Virus record (IMG/VR): IMGVR_UViG_648861014_000005
DNA length: 20,000 nt
DNA from: an uncultured virus (IMG/VR IMGVR_UViG_648861014_000005)
Taxonomy: Duplodnaviria > Heunggongvirae > Uroviricota > Caudoviricetes
Strand: one strand, 5' to 3'
The notes beneath the pieces were generated by a model that saw only the letters and a list, made by a program, of their open reading frames with translations, was not told the origin of the DNA and ran no database searches. The position numbers and the translations under genes are program-made. This document shows, piece after piece, positions 1 through 9,840 of the stretch; positions within the stretch are counted from its first letter, which is position 1, and every line of letters begins with the position of its first letter.

Positions 1-306
1 AGGTCAGTCCGATTTGAATACACCAACTGGCGAGGCGAAACCGCCGAACGTTGGGCGACACCATCAGAGATTTGGTGGGGTAAGACGGATTTCCACCCGG
101 AGCCTCAATGGCTCATGACAGCATTCGACCATGACAAAGGGGCTGAGCGGGATTTCGCGCTACGTGACTGCCGTTTTGTCAGCGGCTCTGAGGACACTCC
201 GGACTACACGCCAATAGCGTCTTTTCATTTTTCCATATCGAAACAGGACATAGACCGCCATCTGGACAGGCATCAGGAAGAGGTTGAAACCGAGATTAAG
301 GAATAA
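1..306 (+). CDS. WYL-like domain phage protein, 5' part outside the window
   Basis: Frame 1 is open from base 1 to TAA at 304-306: RSVRFEYTNWRGETAERWATPSEIWWGKTDFHPEPQWLMTAFDHDKGAERDFALRDC... This follows the WYL pattern (Y...G....R...P...W-x-L/M...R-x-F). The ORF track shows only the last 63 aa. Confidence 0.65.
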   Translation, partial: RSVRFEYTNWRGETAERWATPSEIWWGKTDFHPEPQWLMTAFDHDKGAERDFALRDCRFVSGSEDTPDYTPIASFHFSISKQDIDRHLDRHQEEVETEIKE

Positions 307-393
307 CCACGGCGCGCCCATCGCCAGCCCCGGACATGAGCCAAAATAATCGCCGGTCCGGGGACCAACTGTAAAAGCTTGCGAGACATCAAG

Positions 394-561
394 ATGAATA
401 CAGCCGCAACATTCAAGCAGACTGATGTGAAGCGCGCCGTAAAGGCCGTTACAGATGCTGGCCTGCGCATTGGCAGCGTCGAAATTACTCGCGAAGGAAC
501 GATCCGCGTGATCACAAATACGCAGTCCCAACTTGCAAGTCGCCCGGAACCAGAGCTTTAA
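394..561 (+). CDS. Small excisionase-like/DNA-binding phage protein upstream of the integrase
   Basis: MNTAATFKQTDVKRAVKAVTDAGLRIGSVEITREGTIRV, ATG at 394, stops 6 bp before the integrase ATG. Size and position are typical of the gene preceding alphaproteobacterial prophage integrases. Confidence 0.55.
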   Translation: MNTAATFKQTDVKRAVKAVTDAGLRIGSVEITREGTIRVITNTQSQLASRPEPEL

Positions 562-567
562 TGCGCT

Positions 568-1638
568 ATGCCCAAAAGCCGCCTGCCCCATGTTGTCGTC
601 GAAAAGTCACGCCATGGCCGCGTGAAATATTTTTTCCGGATTGGTCACGGACCACGCATTCGGCTGCCTGACGACTACAGCACTGCCCAAGCCTCAGATT
701 TCATGCAGGCCTACCGATCCGCCTTGGCAGGCACACCGCCACCCTTGCCAAAAGCAAGATCGCGGCACGCCCAAAACACACTCGGCTGGCTTTTTGATCA
801 ATATCAGCAAAGTGCAAAATTCAAGAGCCTTTCTGAAGGCACCCAACGAGCGCGAGCAAACTTGATCAAGGGCATCGTGTCCAAGTCAGGCAAAGCCCAA
901 TTGCGAGACATTACCGAACGCGCAGTCCGACAAGGCCGCGAGCGACGGTCAGCAACGCCGGAAGCAGCAAACAATTTCTTGAAAACGATGAAATCCGCAT
1001 TCGCGTGGGGGATCGACTCTGGCCTTCTTGATGGGATAATTGAGACTGACCCCACCGCCAATGTCAAAAAGATTACCACCAAGACTGAGGGCTTTCACAC
1101 TTGGACGGTGGACGAGATTGAAGCGTACGAATCGACACACGACATCGGCACGACTGCCCGCCTCGCACTGGACTTGCTCATTTATACAGGCCTGCGCAGA
1201 GGGGATGTTGTGAAGGTAGGCCGACAACACGTCAAAGACGGCGTACTTAACTACAAAACAGGAAAAAATGGCGAATGGGTCCACCTGCCCATTCTTCCAG
1301 CGCTGCAAAATTCGATCGATGCCAGCCCGACAAACGACCTGACATTTCTACAAACCGAGAAGGGCAAACCATTCTCCAGCGCGGCAAGCTTTGGAAATTG
1401 GTTTGCAAAAAGGTGTTTGGAAGCCGGTGTGGAAAAAGGCCGCGCGCACGGTTTAAGAAAAGCCGGAGCCGTACTGGCGGCAGAGCGCGGAGCGACCACA
1501 AGCCAGCTTATGGCGCTCTTCGGCTGGACCACGGAAGACATGGCAACGCTCTACACAAAGCGCGCCAGCCGCTCCAAATTGAGCGCCACAGCCATCGACC
1601 TTTTGGACCGTTCCGAGAACAAAAAATCCCGCACCTAA
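568..1638 (+). CDS. int: Tyrosine recombinase/phage integrase, apparently intact
   Basis: 356 aa with catalytic motifs TGLRRGD (R), HGLRK (HxxR), LFGW and ATLYT (Y); ends about 60 bp from a tRNA 3' end. Confidence 0.95.
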   Translation: MPKSRLPHVVVEKSRHGRVKYFFRIGHGPRIRLPDDYSTAQASDFMQAYRSALAGTPPPLPKARSRHAQNTLGWLFDQYQQSAKFKSLSEGTQRARANLIKGIVSKSGKAQLRDITERAVRQGRERRSATPEAANNFLKTMKSAFAWGIDSGLLDGIIETDPTANVKKITTKTEGFHTWTVDEIEAYESTHDIGTTARLALDLLIYTGLRRGDVVKVGRQHVKDGVLNYKTGKNGEWVHLPILPALQNSIDASPTNDLTFLQTEKGKPFSSAASFGNWFAKRCLEAGVEKGRAHGLRKAGAVLAAERGATTSQLMALFGWTTEDMATLYTKRASRSKLSATAIDLLDRSENKKSRT

Positions 1639-1655
1639 CGTCAAGGTGCGGGATT
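1625..1655. terminator. 12-bp perfect inverted repeat over the integrase stop; bidirectional terminator or integrase-binding site
   Basis: AATCCCGCACCT-aacgtca-AGGTGCGGGATT, with an A-run on the left and TATTT on the right, between converging int and tRNA-Arg. Confidence 0.55.
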
Positions 1656-1697
1656 ATTTCGTATTTACCAAGCAATTACAATTATTTAGCAAAATGA

Positions 1698-1774
1698 TGG
1701 CGACCCCGGCAGGATTCGAACCTGCGACCATTCGCTTAGAAGGCGAGTGCTCTATCCAGCTGAGCTACGGGGCC
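1698..1774 (-). tRNA. tRNA-Arg (anticodon TCT); probable integration site of the left-hand element
   Basis: Reverse complement is GGCCCCGTAGCTCAGCTGGATAGAGCACTCGCCT-TCT-AAGCGAATGGTCGCAGGTTCGAATCCTGCCGGGGTCGCCA: 77 nt, T-loop GTTCGAATC, encoded CCA. Confidence 0.97.
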
Positions 1775-1891
1775 AGTGTTGGTCAAGTCTATACACAACG
1801 CTGCTGAATCGGTGTCAGCAGTTTGCTCGTTTTCATCGTCGGAGAGTGCTGTGTCAACTCCCCGCGACCGTTATTCAAAGTTCAATTGAAA

Positions 1892-2197
1892 CTAGTGTGT
1901 CCAAGGTGCCCGACGGCTAAACTTGAAATTATCCGCATAAGTTGCAGTTCGCACTGTGCGCTCCTTGGCCTCTTCGACGCGGTGCGCGATCCCATACCGG
2001 CGTGCATAGGCGACAGCATCTTCCTTGCTGTCAAAATACAGGCGGATCTGCTGCTTCATGTCGGACGATGACGTATAGCCCATAAGCGGTTCGACGCTGC
2101 GAGCTGCTTCTGGTTCGTAATCTAGAATCCATCGCTGTGTTTTTGCTTTACCTGACTGTGTGGCCGTTTTGGCCGGACGGTAAATGCGCGCAACCAT
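1892..2197 (-). CDS. ETC complex I subunit conserved region protein (NDUFS4-like)
   Basis: MVARIYRPAKTATQSG...W...EPLMGYTSSSDM..Q..L.F.SKE.AVAYA...YADNF; GAGGGA RBS before the ATG at 2197. Confidence 0.92.
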   Translation of the reverse strand: MVARIYRPAKTATQSGKAKTQRWILDYEPEAARSVEPLMGYTSSSDMKQQIRLYFDSKEDAVAYARRYGIAHRVEEAKERTVRTATYADNFKFSRRAPWTH

Positions 2198-3386
2198 GTT
2201 GTACGTCCCTCGATACCATTCCATGGTGCTTCCCGAAACACCAACCCGTTGATTGCTTTTTCCGGACCTTTCAAGCGCTTGTCAACACTGAGAGAATATC
2301 CACTCAAGCTTGAATCAGTCAAATGGAGCAGTTTTTCTAACCAGCAAGACGAAGACCTCAGATTATAATCCTGGAATAATTCGAAGATTTCGGGCCGGTG
2401 GCCTGAAAATGACGCCCACACTTAATAGCGCCGGCAGTCTTCCAGATTGAAACTTTTCGAACTTCGTGTTGTTCGCCCTGGCTGTGTTCCGACGGCTCAA
2501 AGTTAGCTGGATAGGTCCTAACCCTAGGCTGTGTGTAGGAAATACGTCTCCAATTGGTCCACACATCTTAGAACACGTTCAAATACTACTTGCTCGCCTT
2601 ACAGCCCCTCACTCAATAGTAATTATTGCACACATTGTTGTTATTGACATGTATTCCTTCAGTAAATTTTCGTTTTCTCGAATTATTCACTTTAATCATA
2701 AACTTACGTTACGGAAATTTGTTTGATTTCCATTTGATATTCACCCCTAATTTTTGGGGGTAGCACTTCTCCGCCAACATTTTTGCACGGAGACAGCCAT
2801 GCCTACTGTATTTCATCCAGTAGCCGCGAGTACCCCAGTTTATCCGGCTCTTTATCCTTCCCCTACCATGTCCCTGTCAGCTGAAGATCAGAAACGTTTT
2901 TATGCGTTTGGTTGGGGCCCCACGGTTCAACCACGATACAAAACCATTTCAGCAGCTATTGAATATTGGATGACAGCGTCTCGTGAAGATGTTGCCGTCG
3001 AACAAGGTCAGAGTTCCCTTACATATGGAGTTCTCAACAAGCGCTCGGCCGAACTGGCGAACTTTCTGAGGCAACACGGCGTAAAACGTGGGGACAAGTT
3101 CTGCATATATCTCGAGCGGTCCATCGAGATGGTGATCGGGATTGTAGCCTGCTTGCGCCTTGGAGCTGCTTATGTACCTCAACATGTGGGGGTCGCTCCA
3201 GAACGCACGCTCCGGCCCATTGCAGCAGTAACCGGAGCAAAGGTGATCCTCACACTTTCTCGCCTCAAGGATAATGTGCCCGTATCAGACAATCAGGTTC
3301 TGCTTTCCATCGATGAACCTTTTGAAAGCTGCACTGCAAAGTGACCGTCCGGCGAAGGCGCTCTGGCGCGACACCGATGCGGCCTG

Positions 3387-4913
3387 TTACGCTGCCTGAG
3401 CAGCGTAACGCCAGGGCAGAAGTTCGTCGAGGCGTGTGATTTTGTGGTCGGCGACTTGACCGAGGACCCAGGTCAGCCAGGCCTGAGGGTCAACACCGTT
3501 GAGCTTGGCCGTTTCGATCAGGGTATAAGCGATAGCCATGGCTTTGCCGCCGCCTTGGGAGCCTGAGAACATCCAATTTTTGCGTCCGATGGCGACGGGT
3601 TTAACGGCGCGCTCGGCGGTGTTGTTATCCAATTCCAGATGGCCGAGCTCAAGGTATGGGCGTGCTTTCGGCATTCGGCCCAAGGCATAGCGGATGGCCT
3701 GCGCGAGTGGTGACTTTCCCGAGATTTTGGGCAATTGCGTCTGCAACCATTCTTCCAAGGCGTCAAAGATCGGTTTTGCCCTAGCCTGCCGGATGGTAGC
3801 GCGGTCTTCGGGGGGCATGCCCCTGATCTCTTTCTCGATAGCGTAAAGCTCAGCAATCCGGCGGATGACTTCTTCGGCAATGGCGCTGCCCTGCGAGGAG
3901 AAGACATCCACGAACTTGCGTCGTACATGCGCCATGCAGGCCATCTCATCGGCTTTGTCGTCACCGAACACACCGTTGAACCCGGAATATCCATCCGCAT
4001 GGACCCAGCCCTTGTATCCCGACAAATGAGCAACGGGATGCTCTCCTTTGCGATCCACCGTGAACTGATACCATGCACAGGGTGGCGATTGGCCAGACCA
4101 GGCACGCTCATCCCGCACATAGGTCCAGACCCGCGCCGTTTTGGTCTTCTTGTTGCCGGGGGCCAGCATTTTGATGGGCGTATCGTCGGCAAAAAGCGCA
4201 GGTCCTTGCCGCACCATCCGTCCGATGGCATCGGCAAGAGGTTCCAGCAGGGCCGTCGAGCGACCAACCCAGTCGGCCATGGTCGAGCGGTCCAGATCGA
4301 CGCCTTCACGGGCAAAGATCTGGCTCAGGCGATAGAGGGGTAAATGATCGGCATATTTGCTTACCAGAACATGGGCCAACAATCCCGGTCCGGGCCGCCC
4401 ACGCTCAATGGGGCGCGATGGCAGCGGCGCTTGCACAATCGCCTCGCACCATGAACAGGCTTTGCGGGGCCGGATGATCCGCTTCACCTTGAAGCGTCCC
4501 GGCACGTATTCCAACTCTTCGGTGACATCCTCACCCAGGGTGCGCAAGTTGCCACCACAACGACCGCATTCATCACCGGGAGAGAGCTCCTCGTCTTCCC
4601 GATCCAGATGATCCGGCAAGGGCTTGCGGCTGTGTTTGCGCTTCGGCTTTGGATCAACTCCCTCCTGCGACGGGGCGGGCTGTTTTGCCTGGTCTTCAGC
4701 GGCCTCAACAATCTCGGCGTCCTCGAGCAGATCGAGATTGAGCTGATCCAGACCCTCAGACTTGGAGCCGAACCGATGCCGATTGGCCCCGTGCAACTGG
4801 TGTTGAAGCTGCTCGACCTTGAGGCTCAGAGCCTTGACCTCGTCGGCCAGAAGGCGGTTCACCGCCCTCAATTCGGCGGGGTCCTCCGGGGTGATATCAA
4901 GGTCCTTCAGCAT
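3387..4913 (-). CDS. tnpC: IS66 DDE transposase TnpC
   Basis: 508 aa: N-terminal coiled coil, RFGSKSE, CxxC...Cxx[44 protein letters not shown]. Confidence 0.96.
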   Translation of the reverse strand: MLKDLDITPEDPAELRAVNRLLADEVKALSLKVEQLQHQLHGANRHRFGSKSEGLDQLNLDLLEDAEIVEAAEDQAKQPAPSQEGVDPKPKRKHSRKPLPDHLDREDEELSPGDECGRCGGNLRTLGEDVTEELEYVPGRFKVKRIIRPRKACSWCEAIVQAPLPSRPIERGRPGPGLLAHVLVSKYADHLPLYRLSQIFAREGVDLDRSTMADWVGRSTALLEPLADAIGRMVRQGPALFADDTPIKMLAPGNKKTKTARVWTYVRDERAWSGQSPPCAWYQFTVDRKGEHPVAHLSGYKGWVHADGYSGFNGVFGDDKADEMACMAHVRRKFVDVFSSQGSAIAEEVIRRIAELYAIEKEIRGMPPEDRATIRQARAKPIFDALEEWLQTQLPKISGKSPLAQAIRYALGRMPKARPYLELGHLELDNNTAERAVKPVAIGRKNWMFSGSQGGGKAMAIAYTLIETAKLNGVDPQAWLTWVLGQVADHKITRLDELLPWRYAAQAA

Positions 4914-4982
4914 CTTCGATCTTATATCAGATCAAGGGCGTAAGTTGAATCCCGAGAGGCGCGCAAACGCCAATATATTGGC

Positions 4983-5330
4983 CTATCCGACGCTCAGGGG
5001 CCGCCATGTTTTTTGCGGCATCCGCCAGTCTATGCCTTCAAGCAACATCGACAATTGCGCGGGCGTCACGCTGACCTTACCGTCCTTCGCAGCAGGCCAA
5101 ACAAACCGGCCCTTCTCAAGGCGCTTGCTGAACAGGCATGCGCCCTGTCGATCCCACCAGATGATCTTCAGCAGATCACCGCGCCGTCCCCGGAACACAA
5201 ACAGATGTCCAGAATAGGGTTCAAGCTCCAGAACCTTCTCCGCCTGAGCCGCCAAAGTGTTGAACCCGCGCCGCATGTCCGTCACCCCGGCAGCCAGCCA
5301 AACCCGCGCGTTGGACGGCACGGGGATCAC
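4983..5330 (-). CDS. tnpB: IS66 accessory protein TnpB
   Basis: TDMRRGF...[18 protein letters not shown]...[11 protein letters not shown]...LLEGIDWR. Confidence 0.96.
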   Translation of the reverse strand: MIPVPSNARVWLAAGVTDMRRGFNTLAAQAEKVLELEPYSGHLFVFRGRRGDLLKIIWWDRQGACLFSKRLEKGRFVWPAAKDGKVSVTPAQLSMLLEGIDWRMPQKTWRPLSVG

Positions 5331-5734
5331 GGCATTAGACCTTCAACCAAAGCCAGCACCGTCGGCAGCGCCGTCGTCCCTTCCACCAATACCCGCCGCC
5401 CGTCCGACAGCGTGATATCAACCCGCTGAGCCGACAACGGCATATCCGAGGCAAGCGCCGCGATCTGGTGGCCTGGTGCGGCCTGCGGGCCCTCTATCTC
5501 CACTGGTAGAAACGCCGCTCCATCAAGGACGCAATCGCTGTCTTCTGGCGCAAACCGCTCATCACGCAGCCAGTTGTGGATCAGGTTCGCATTCATCGCA
5601 GAGCGGCGCGCAACCTGCGCAACCGAAACCCCCGGCACTCTGGCCTGCAAACAGATCGACCGCTTCTCGTCATCCGACCAAAACCGCTTCTTGCTGCCCT
5701 TCTTCGTACCCAAAATGTGCCTCACAATGTCCAT
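5327..5734 (-). CDS. tnpA: IS66 accessory protein TnpA (HTH)
   Basis: KRFWSDDEK...SVAQVARR...NANLIHNW...FLPVEI; overlaps the tnpB start by 4 bp. Confidence 0.9.
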   Translation of the reverse strand: MDIVRHILGTKKGSKKRFWSDDEKRSICLQARVPGVSVAQVARRSAMNANLIHNWLRDERFAPEDSDCVLDGAAFLPVEIEGPQAAPGHQIAALASDMPLSAQRVDITLSDGRRVLVEGTTALPTVLALVEGLMP

Positions 5735-6874
5735 TAACGAAAATGGACATTATCACCCCACTGCGCTCCCCGTCAGAGCGGGAATACCGAACGCTCACAC
5801 TGCAAATACGACGCCCACTTTCTTGAAAAATGAGCGCATTGAGCCCGATGACATTGCCATGGTGCTCTTCACATCTGGGACGACCGGCGTCCCCAATGGT
5901 GTTCAGGTCACGCACAAAAATCTGGCCAACATTCTTCAAACCGCTCCTGGCGATCTTTCCATGCGACCGGGACTGCGAGTTGGGCAGATTCTATCCATTG
6001 CCTTTGACATGGCGGCTTGGGAGATACTCGGCGCGCTTTCCAATGGAGCAACACTGGTCATTCGTGGAAAGTCTATTCAGGAAACCGCCGAGAAGGTGGA
6101 TGTCCTCATTTCCACACCATCTATTTTGGCTTCGCTGGACCACACCCGCTACCGCCAAGTGAAAGTAGCTGCTGTAGCAGGGGAACCCTGCCCCAGATCT
6201 CTAGCCGATACATGGGGTGCTTTTTGTTCATTTCATAATTCATGCGGCCCGACAGAAACTACGATTATCAACACAGCCGAGTAACATTTGCCGGACAAAG
6301 CGGTTCTGTCTATCGGGCACCCAACTCCCAATAACACTGTCTACATTCTCGATGACGACCTTCAGCCACTGCCCATTGGCGCGAAAGGCGAAATGTGGGC
6401 AGGGGGTGACTGCGTAACTGCTGGATACCTCTCTAATCCAGACTTGACCAACGAAGGCTACCGCCCGGACCCGTTCCGCCCCGGGCATGTGATGTTTCGT
6501 ACCCGAGACCTTGGGCGCTGGACCCCAGATGGAGAACTGGAGCACTTCGGACGGGTAGATGATCTGGTTAAAATTCGCGGGTTCCGTGTGGAATTGGATG
6601 GCATCTCAAACGCACTGGAAACATCGGACTGTTGTGTCAGGGCTGTCACTCTCAAATTCGATGATCGAAATCTGATCAGTTTCATCTCACCGGCAACGGC
6701 CTGCCCGGACAAAGCCCGAAAGCAAGTCGAGGATCGCCTTCCTTATTATTGCATGCCTGCATTGGTTCTGGCCTTACCTGAACTTCCACGGACATCGAGA
6801 GGAAAACTAGACAAGCGATCCCTTTTGGATCTCGCCAAAAATCATATTGAAACGACAGGGATGGAGCTCGGCTG

Positions 6875-8188
6875 ATGCTAACTACGACACAAGAGATAGC
6901 CGCACCGGCTTCCGGGTGGCGGCGGATCACACGTCACCCTTCCCTGATGGAATATCGCCGTCTTCTGGCATTGGTTCTGATTACCAATGGACTGGCCCTT
7001 TATACCGGCATTGAGAATGGACGCTGGTTTGCGGACGGGCATTTTAATCTACACAGCCTTTCCACATTGGCTCTGGTGAACTTCACGCTGAGCATCCTGA
7101 TCCGTCAGCAACGTGTCATCAATGCATTGTTCTGGCTAGCCACCCGGATACAGACGTCCTGGCCTCTTTGGATACGCTGGGGAGCGGGTAAGGTATTTCA
7201 TTTTGGCGGGCTTCACTATGGCGGGGCCTATGCAGGCACTCTCTGGTTTGCAGCATTTTTTGGAGGGATGTTCTACAACCAATTCAAAGGGACAGAAACG
7301 CTTTCCACGTCAACGCTGGCAAGCTCTGCAGCAATACTGATGCTTCTCGCGCTGATCATCGCAACGGCCATAAGGCCAATGCGGACCCGGTATCACAACA
7401 TGTTCGAAAAGGTCCATCGGTTTGCCGGATGGTCTGTTTTAGCGCTTTTCTGGCTGCAAAGTGCTTCAATTTCCCAAGATTTTGGCATTCCGTTTTTAGG
7501 CAGCTTTGCGTTTTGGGCACTTTGCCTGATTACACTCTCTGTTGCTTCCCCCTGGCTCACTCTGAAGCGTGTTGATGTCCAAATTAGCAAACCATCGAAC
7601 CATGTAGCTCTTGTTCGTTTCGACTATGGCGACACACCGTTTGCTGGTAGCTCCAATGCCATCAGCCACACACCTTTTGGCGAGTATCACGCATTTGCCA
7701 ACATTCCGGCCCCTAATGAAACTGGTTATCGACTAGCAATCTCAAGAGCTGGGGACTGGACCGGCGAGTTCATCGACAACCCGCCAAAGAAGGTCTGGGT
7801 CAAAGGCATCACGACAAGCGGCGTTGCTCGGATCGAGGATCTGTTCACAAAGGTTGTCTATGTCGGCACCGGCTCCGGAATTGGTCCGATCCTGCCGCAT
7901 CTATTGAAGCGCAAGGTTCCAAACCGCCTGATCTGGTCAACCCGATCCCCGCACAAAACCTATGGCGAAGCGTTGGTTGACGAAATCATTTCCCATACCG
8001 AAAAGCCCGTTATCTGGGACACGGACACGCATGGAAAACCTGATCTGTCTGCCCTTGCCCTTCAAGCTGTGCGTGAAAGCGGTGCAGAAGCAGTCATCGT
8101 AATCTCCAACCAAAAGCTGACCCGCAAGGTTGTTCACGACATGGAAAGCATGGGCATTCCGGCTTATGGCGCAATTTGGGACAGTTAA
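6875..8188 (+). CDS. Membrane oxidoreductase-like protein: ferric-reductase-like transmembrane domain plus FNR-like C-terminal domain
   Basis: About 6-7 hydrophobic segments with spaced His (VFHFGGLH; YHNMFEKVHRFAGW), then EYHAFA, AGDWT and the NAD(P)-binding loop VGTGSGIGP. Starts overlapping the A-domain stop (TGATG). Confidence 0.75.
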   Translation: MLTTTQEIAAPASGWRRITRHPSLMEYRRLLALVLITNGLALYTGIENGRWFADGHFNLHSLSTLALVNFTLSILIRQQRVINALFWLATRIQTSWPLWIRWGAGKVFHFGGLHYGGAYAGTLWFAAFFGGMFYNQFKGTETLSTSTLASSAAILMLLALIIATAIRPMRTRYHNMFEKVHRFAGWSVLALFWLQSASISQDFGIPFLGSFAFWALCLITLSVASPWLTLKRVDVQISKPSNHVALVRFDYGDTPFAGSSNAISHTPFGEYHAFANIPAPNETGYRLAISRAGDWTGEFIDNPPKKVWVKGITTSGVARIEDLFTKVVYVGTGSGIGPILPHLLKRKVPNRLIWSTRSPHKTYGEALVDEIISHTEKPVIWDTDTHGKPDLSALALQAVRESGAEAVIVISNQKLTRKVVHDMESMGIPAYGAIWDS

Positions 8189-8965
8189 ATGTTTGAGACA
8201 ATCGAAACACAGGTCAATGGTCGGATTGCGTCGATCCGTATCACCAGAGCCAAACAGCTCAACGCCCTCAATACGCAGGTAATGGAGGAAGTCTTAGAAG
8301 CTGCGACACAGTTTGCTGCCTCTCCGGACGTTGGTTGCCTCGTTTTGAAAAGTGGTGAACGTGCCTTCGCTGCAGGTGCTGATATCAAAGAACTCGCGTC
8401 GCAAACCCATTCCAGCATGCAAGCCAGTAACTTCTTTGCAGGATGGGACACATTCGCTGCCTTGCGCATTCCAAAAGTCGCTGCTGTTCATGGTTATGCG
8501 TTGGGCGGCGGCTGCGAACTCGCGATGATGTGTGATGTCATTATCGCCTCAGATACAGCAAAGTTTGGACAGCCCGAGCTCAAGATCGGCTGCATTCCCG
8601 GCATCGGAGGAACTCAGCGCTTGACGCGTTTGGTTGGCCGAGCCTGTGCGATGGACATGATCCTGACCGGGCGCATGGTCGAGGCCGATGAAGCGCTACG
8701 AATAGGGTTAGTCAGCCGCGTTGTTGCTGAAGATGATCTGGAAGTGGCCGCTAATAGCATCGCTGAAACCATTGCAAGTTATCCAAGCGACATCGTGCAA
8801 ATGGCCCGCGACTGCGTAAATATGGCGGAAAATTCAACACTTGAAAGTGGCATGCGCCATGAGCGGCAAACCTACCATGCGCTTTACGGGCTGCCAGCTC
8901 AAAGTGAAGGCATGGCCGCATTCTTGGAAAAACGCCAACCTAATTTCCAAGTAGATACTGGTTAA
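8189..8965 (+). CDS. Enoyl-CoA hydratase/isomerase (crotonase family)
   Basis: LNALN, AFAAGADIKE, GYALGGGCELAMMCD, FGQPE, PGIGGTQRL, EGMAAFLEKR. ATG directly follows the previous TAA. Confidence 0.95.
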   Translation: MFETIETQVNGRIASIRITRAKQLNALNTQVMEEVLEAATQFAASPDVGCLVLKSGERAFAAGADIKELASQTHSSMQASNFFAGWDTFAALRIPKVAAVHGYALGGGCELAMMCDVIIASDTAKFGQPELKIGCIPGIGGTQRLTRLVGRACAMDMILTGRMVEADEALRIGLVSRVVAEDDLEVAANSIAETIASYPSDIVQMARDCVNMAENSTLESGMRHERQTYHALYGLPAQSEGMAAFLEKRQPNFQVDTG

Positions 8966-9054
8966 GGGGGAATAAAAAGAAGGGGTTGCGCCCAAACGGC
9001 GCCCGCAGATTTATTTTTTTATGAAGAAGCACTGCCTGTTAGGTGCTTGAAAAG

Positions 9055-9102
9055 TGGTCGGGGCAGCAAGATTCGAACTTGCGACCCTCTGGTCCCAAAC
9101 CA
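9055..9102 (-). repeat. att core copy 1: 3' 48 nt of tRNA-Pro(TGG), not a full tRNA
   Basis: Reverse complement TGGTT-TGG-GACCAGAGGGTCGCAAGTTCGAATCTTGCTGCCCCGACCA; the D-arm and 5' acceptor strand are missing. Identical to 14741-14788 (51 bp with the preceding AAG). Confidence 0.92.
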
Positions 9103-9193
9103 CGATAGACCCTTCTGACTTTCAATAAATTGGCGGAAACTTGCGAAAACTAGGTGGTTCTCATTAGGAGAACTTATCGTGAATATCGCATCT

Positions 9194-9234
9194 TTACAGC
9201 CACGCTGCTGCCACATGGCGGCATTCGGCTGCAA
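9194..9234. repeat. Putative integrase arm-type sites, left end of element 1
   Basis: TTACAGCCAC (9194-9203) and CTGCTGCCAC (9205-9214) at 11-bp period, then inverted copies (9225-9234 reads TTGCAGCCGA on the minus strand). They match TTGCAGCCAC x2 at 14659-14679. Confidence 0.6.
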
Positions 9235-9252
9235 ATTGTGGGGTGGTTTGTC

Positions 9253-9840
9253 ATGGCCGCCCCACCAACCGCATTCCCGTTGTCATGGCCCGAAACTCTC
9301 CCACGCACGGCCAAGCCCACAGCCTCTCGGTTCAATACGAATCTGAATAAGGCAATGAGCAACGTGAAGAATGCCCTCAGACTGTTCAGTGAGGACAGCT
9401 CGAAGGGCGTGGCAAATGTTGTGATTTGCTCAAATGTCACACTCGGCGCCAACAACCCTGCCGATCCGGGTGTAGCGATTTGGTTTCAGTGGGATGGCTT
9501 GTCTGTCTGCATCGCTGTCGATCGGTACAGCAAGGTCCAAGACAACGTTCAGGCGGTCTATCACATCCTCGAAGCCCGTCGCACTGAACTACGCCACGGC
9601 GGCCTGAATATCGTCCGTGCACCCTTCGCCGGCTTCAGGGCCCTTCCCTCCAGCGGTACAGAAGTACACTGGCTTATGGCGCTGAACATCGGCCCAGGAA
9701 CCACCCCCGACAAGTCGATCATTGAAGAAGCATATCGACAGCTCGCCAAGAAACATCATCCAGATGCCGGCGGTTCCGATGAGCGTATGGCCGAATTGAA
9801 CCGGGCCCGTACCGAAGCATTGGAGGCGGTCAATGGCTGA
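9253..9840 (+). CDS. Phage-type J-domain (DnaJ-like) protein, copy 1
   Basis: FPLSWP N-terminus, DPGVAIWF...CIAVDRY core and C-terminal AYRQLAKKHHPDAGGS (HPD motif). Start set by alignment to copy 2. Confidence 0.85.
   Translation: MAAPPTAFPLSWPETLPRTAKPTASRFNTNLNKAMSNVKNALRLFSEDSSKGVANVVICSNVTLGANNPADPGVAIWFQWDGLSVCIAVDRYSKVQDNVQAVYHILEARRTELRHGGLNIVRAPFAGFRALPSSGTEVHWLMALNIGPGTTPDKSIIEEAYRQLAKKHHPDAGGSDERMAELNRARTEALEAVNG

Larger units (their letters stand above)
3341..5798 (-). mobile_element. IS66-family insertion sequence, 2458 bp, with 8-bp target-site duplication ACTGCAAA
   Basis: Imperfect terminal IRs GTGACCGTCCGGCGAAGGCGCTCTGGCG and GTGAGCGTTCGGTATTCCCGCTCTGACG; ACTGCAAA at 3333-3340 and 5799-5806; tnpA-tnpB-tnpC order. 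Confidence 0.96.
2799..6875 (+). pseudogene. Stand-alone amino-acid adenylation (NRPS-like A-domain) enzyme, about 536 codons when reconstructed; split by IS66 and carrying an in-frame TAA (6282-6284)
   Basis: GGAGA RBS and ATG at 2799. Removing 3341-5806 restores the frame (ESCTA|NTTPT). Motifs: LTYGVL, LGAAYVP, FTSGTTGVPNG, AFDMAAWE, GPTETT, GEMWAGG...GYL, FRTRDLGR, GRVDDLVKIRGFRVEL, RGKLDK. No carrier (T) domain follows. Confidence 0.9.

Noticed and set aside
328..363. 8-bp inverted repeat CCCCGGAC/GTCCGGGG before the excisionase-like gene
   Set aside because: 20-nt loop and no U-tract; too weak to assign a function.
2330..2750. Possible Irr/Fur/FNR boxes or sigma70 promoter in the AT-rich region upstream of the A-domain gene
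   Set aside because: Only partial matches; TTGACA at 2644 has no properly spaced -10. Short ORFs here show no coding signal.
5726..5751. Perfect 10-bp inverted repeat AATGTCCATT/AATGGACATT
   Set aside because: It lies inside IS66 over the tnpA start and is best explained as an element-internal feature.
3518..5826. Long alternative ORFs overlapping IS66 (3518-4315, 3735-4343, 4819-5217, 5013-5429 and others)
   Set aside because: Shadow frames of GC-rich transposase genes with no recognisable motifs.
9055..9102. Calling the two tRNA-Pro matches functional tRNAs or CRISPR repeats
   Set aside because: Each lacks the 5' half of the tRNA; two copies 5.7 kb apart with no cas genes are att sites.
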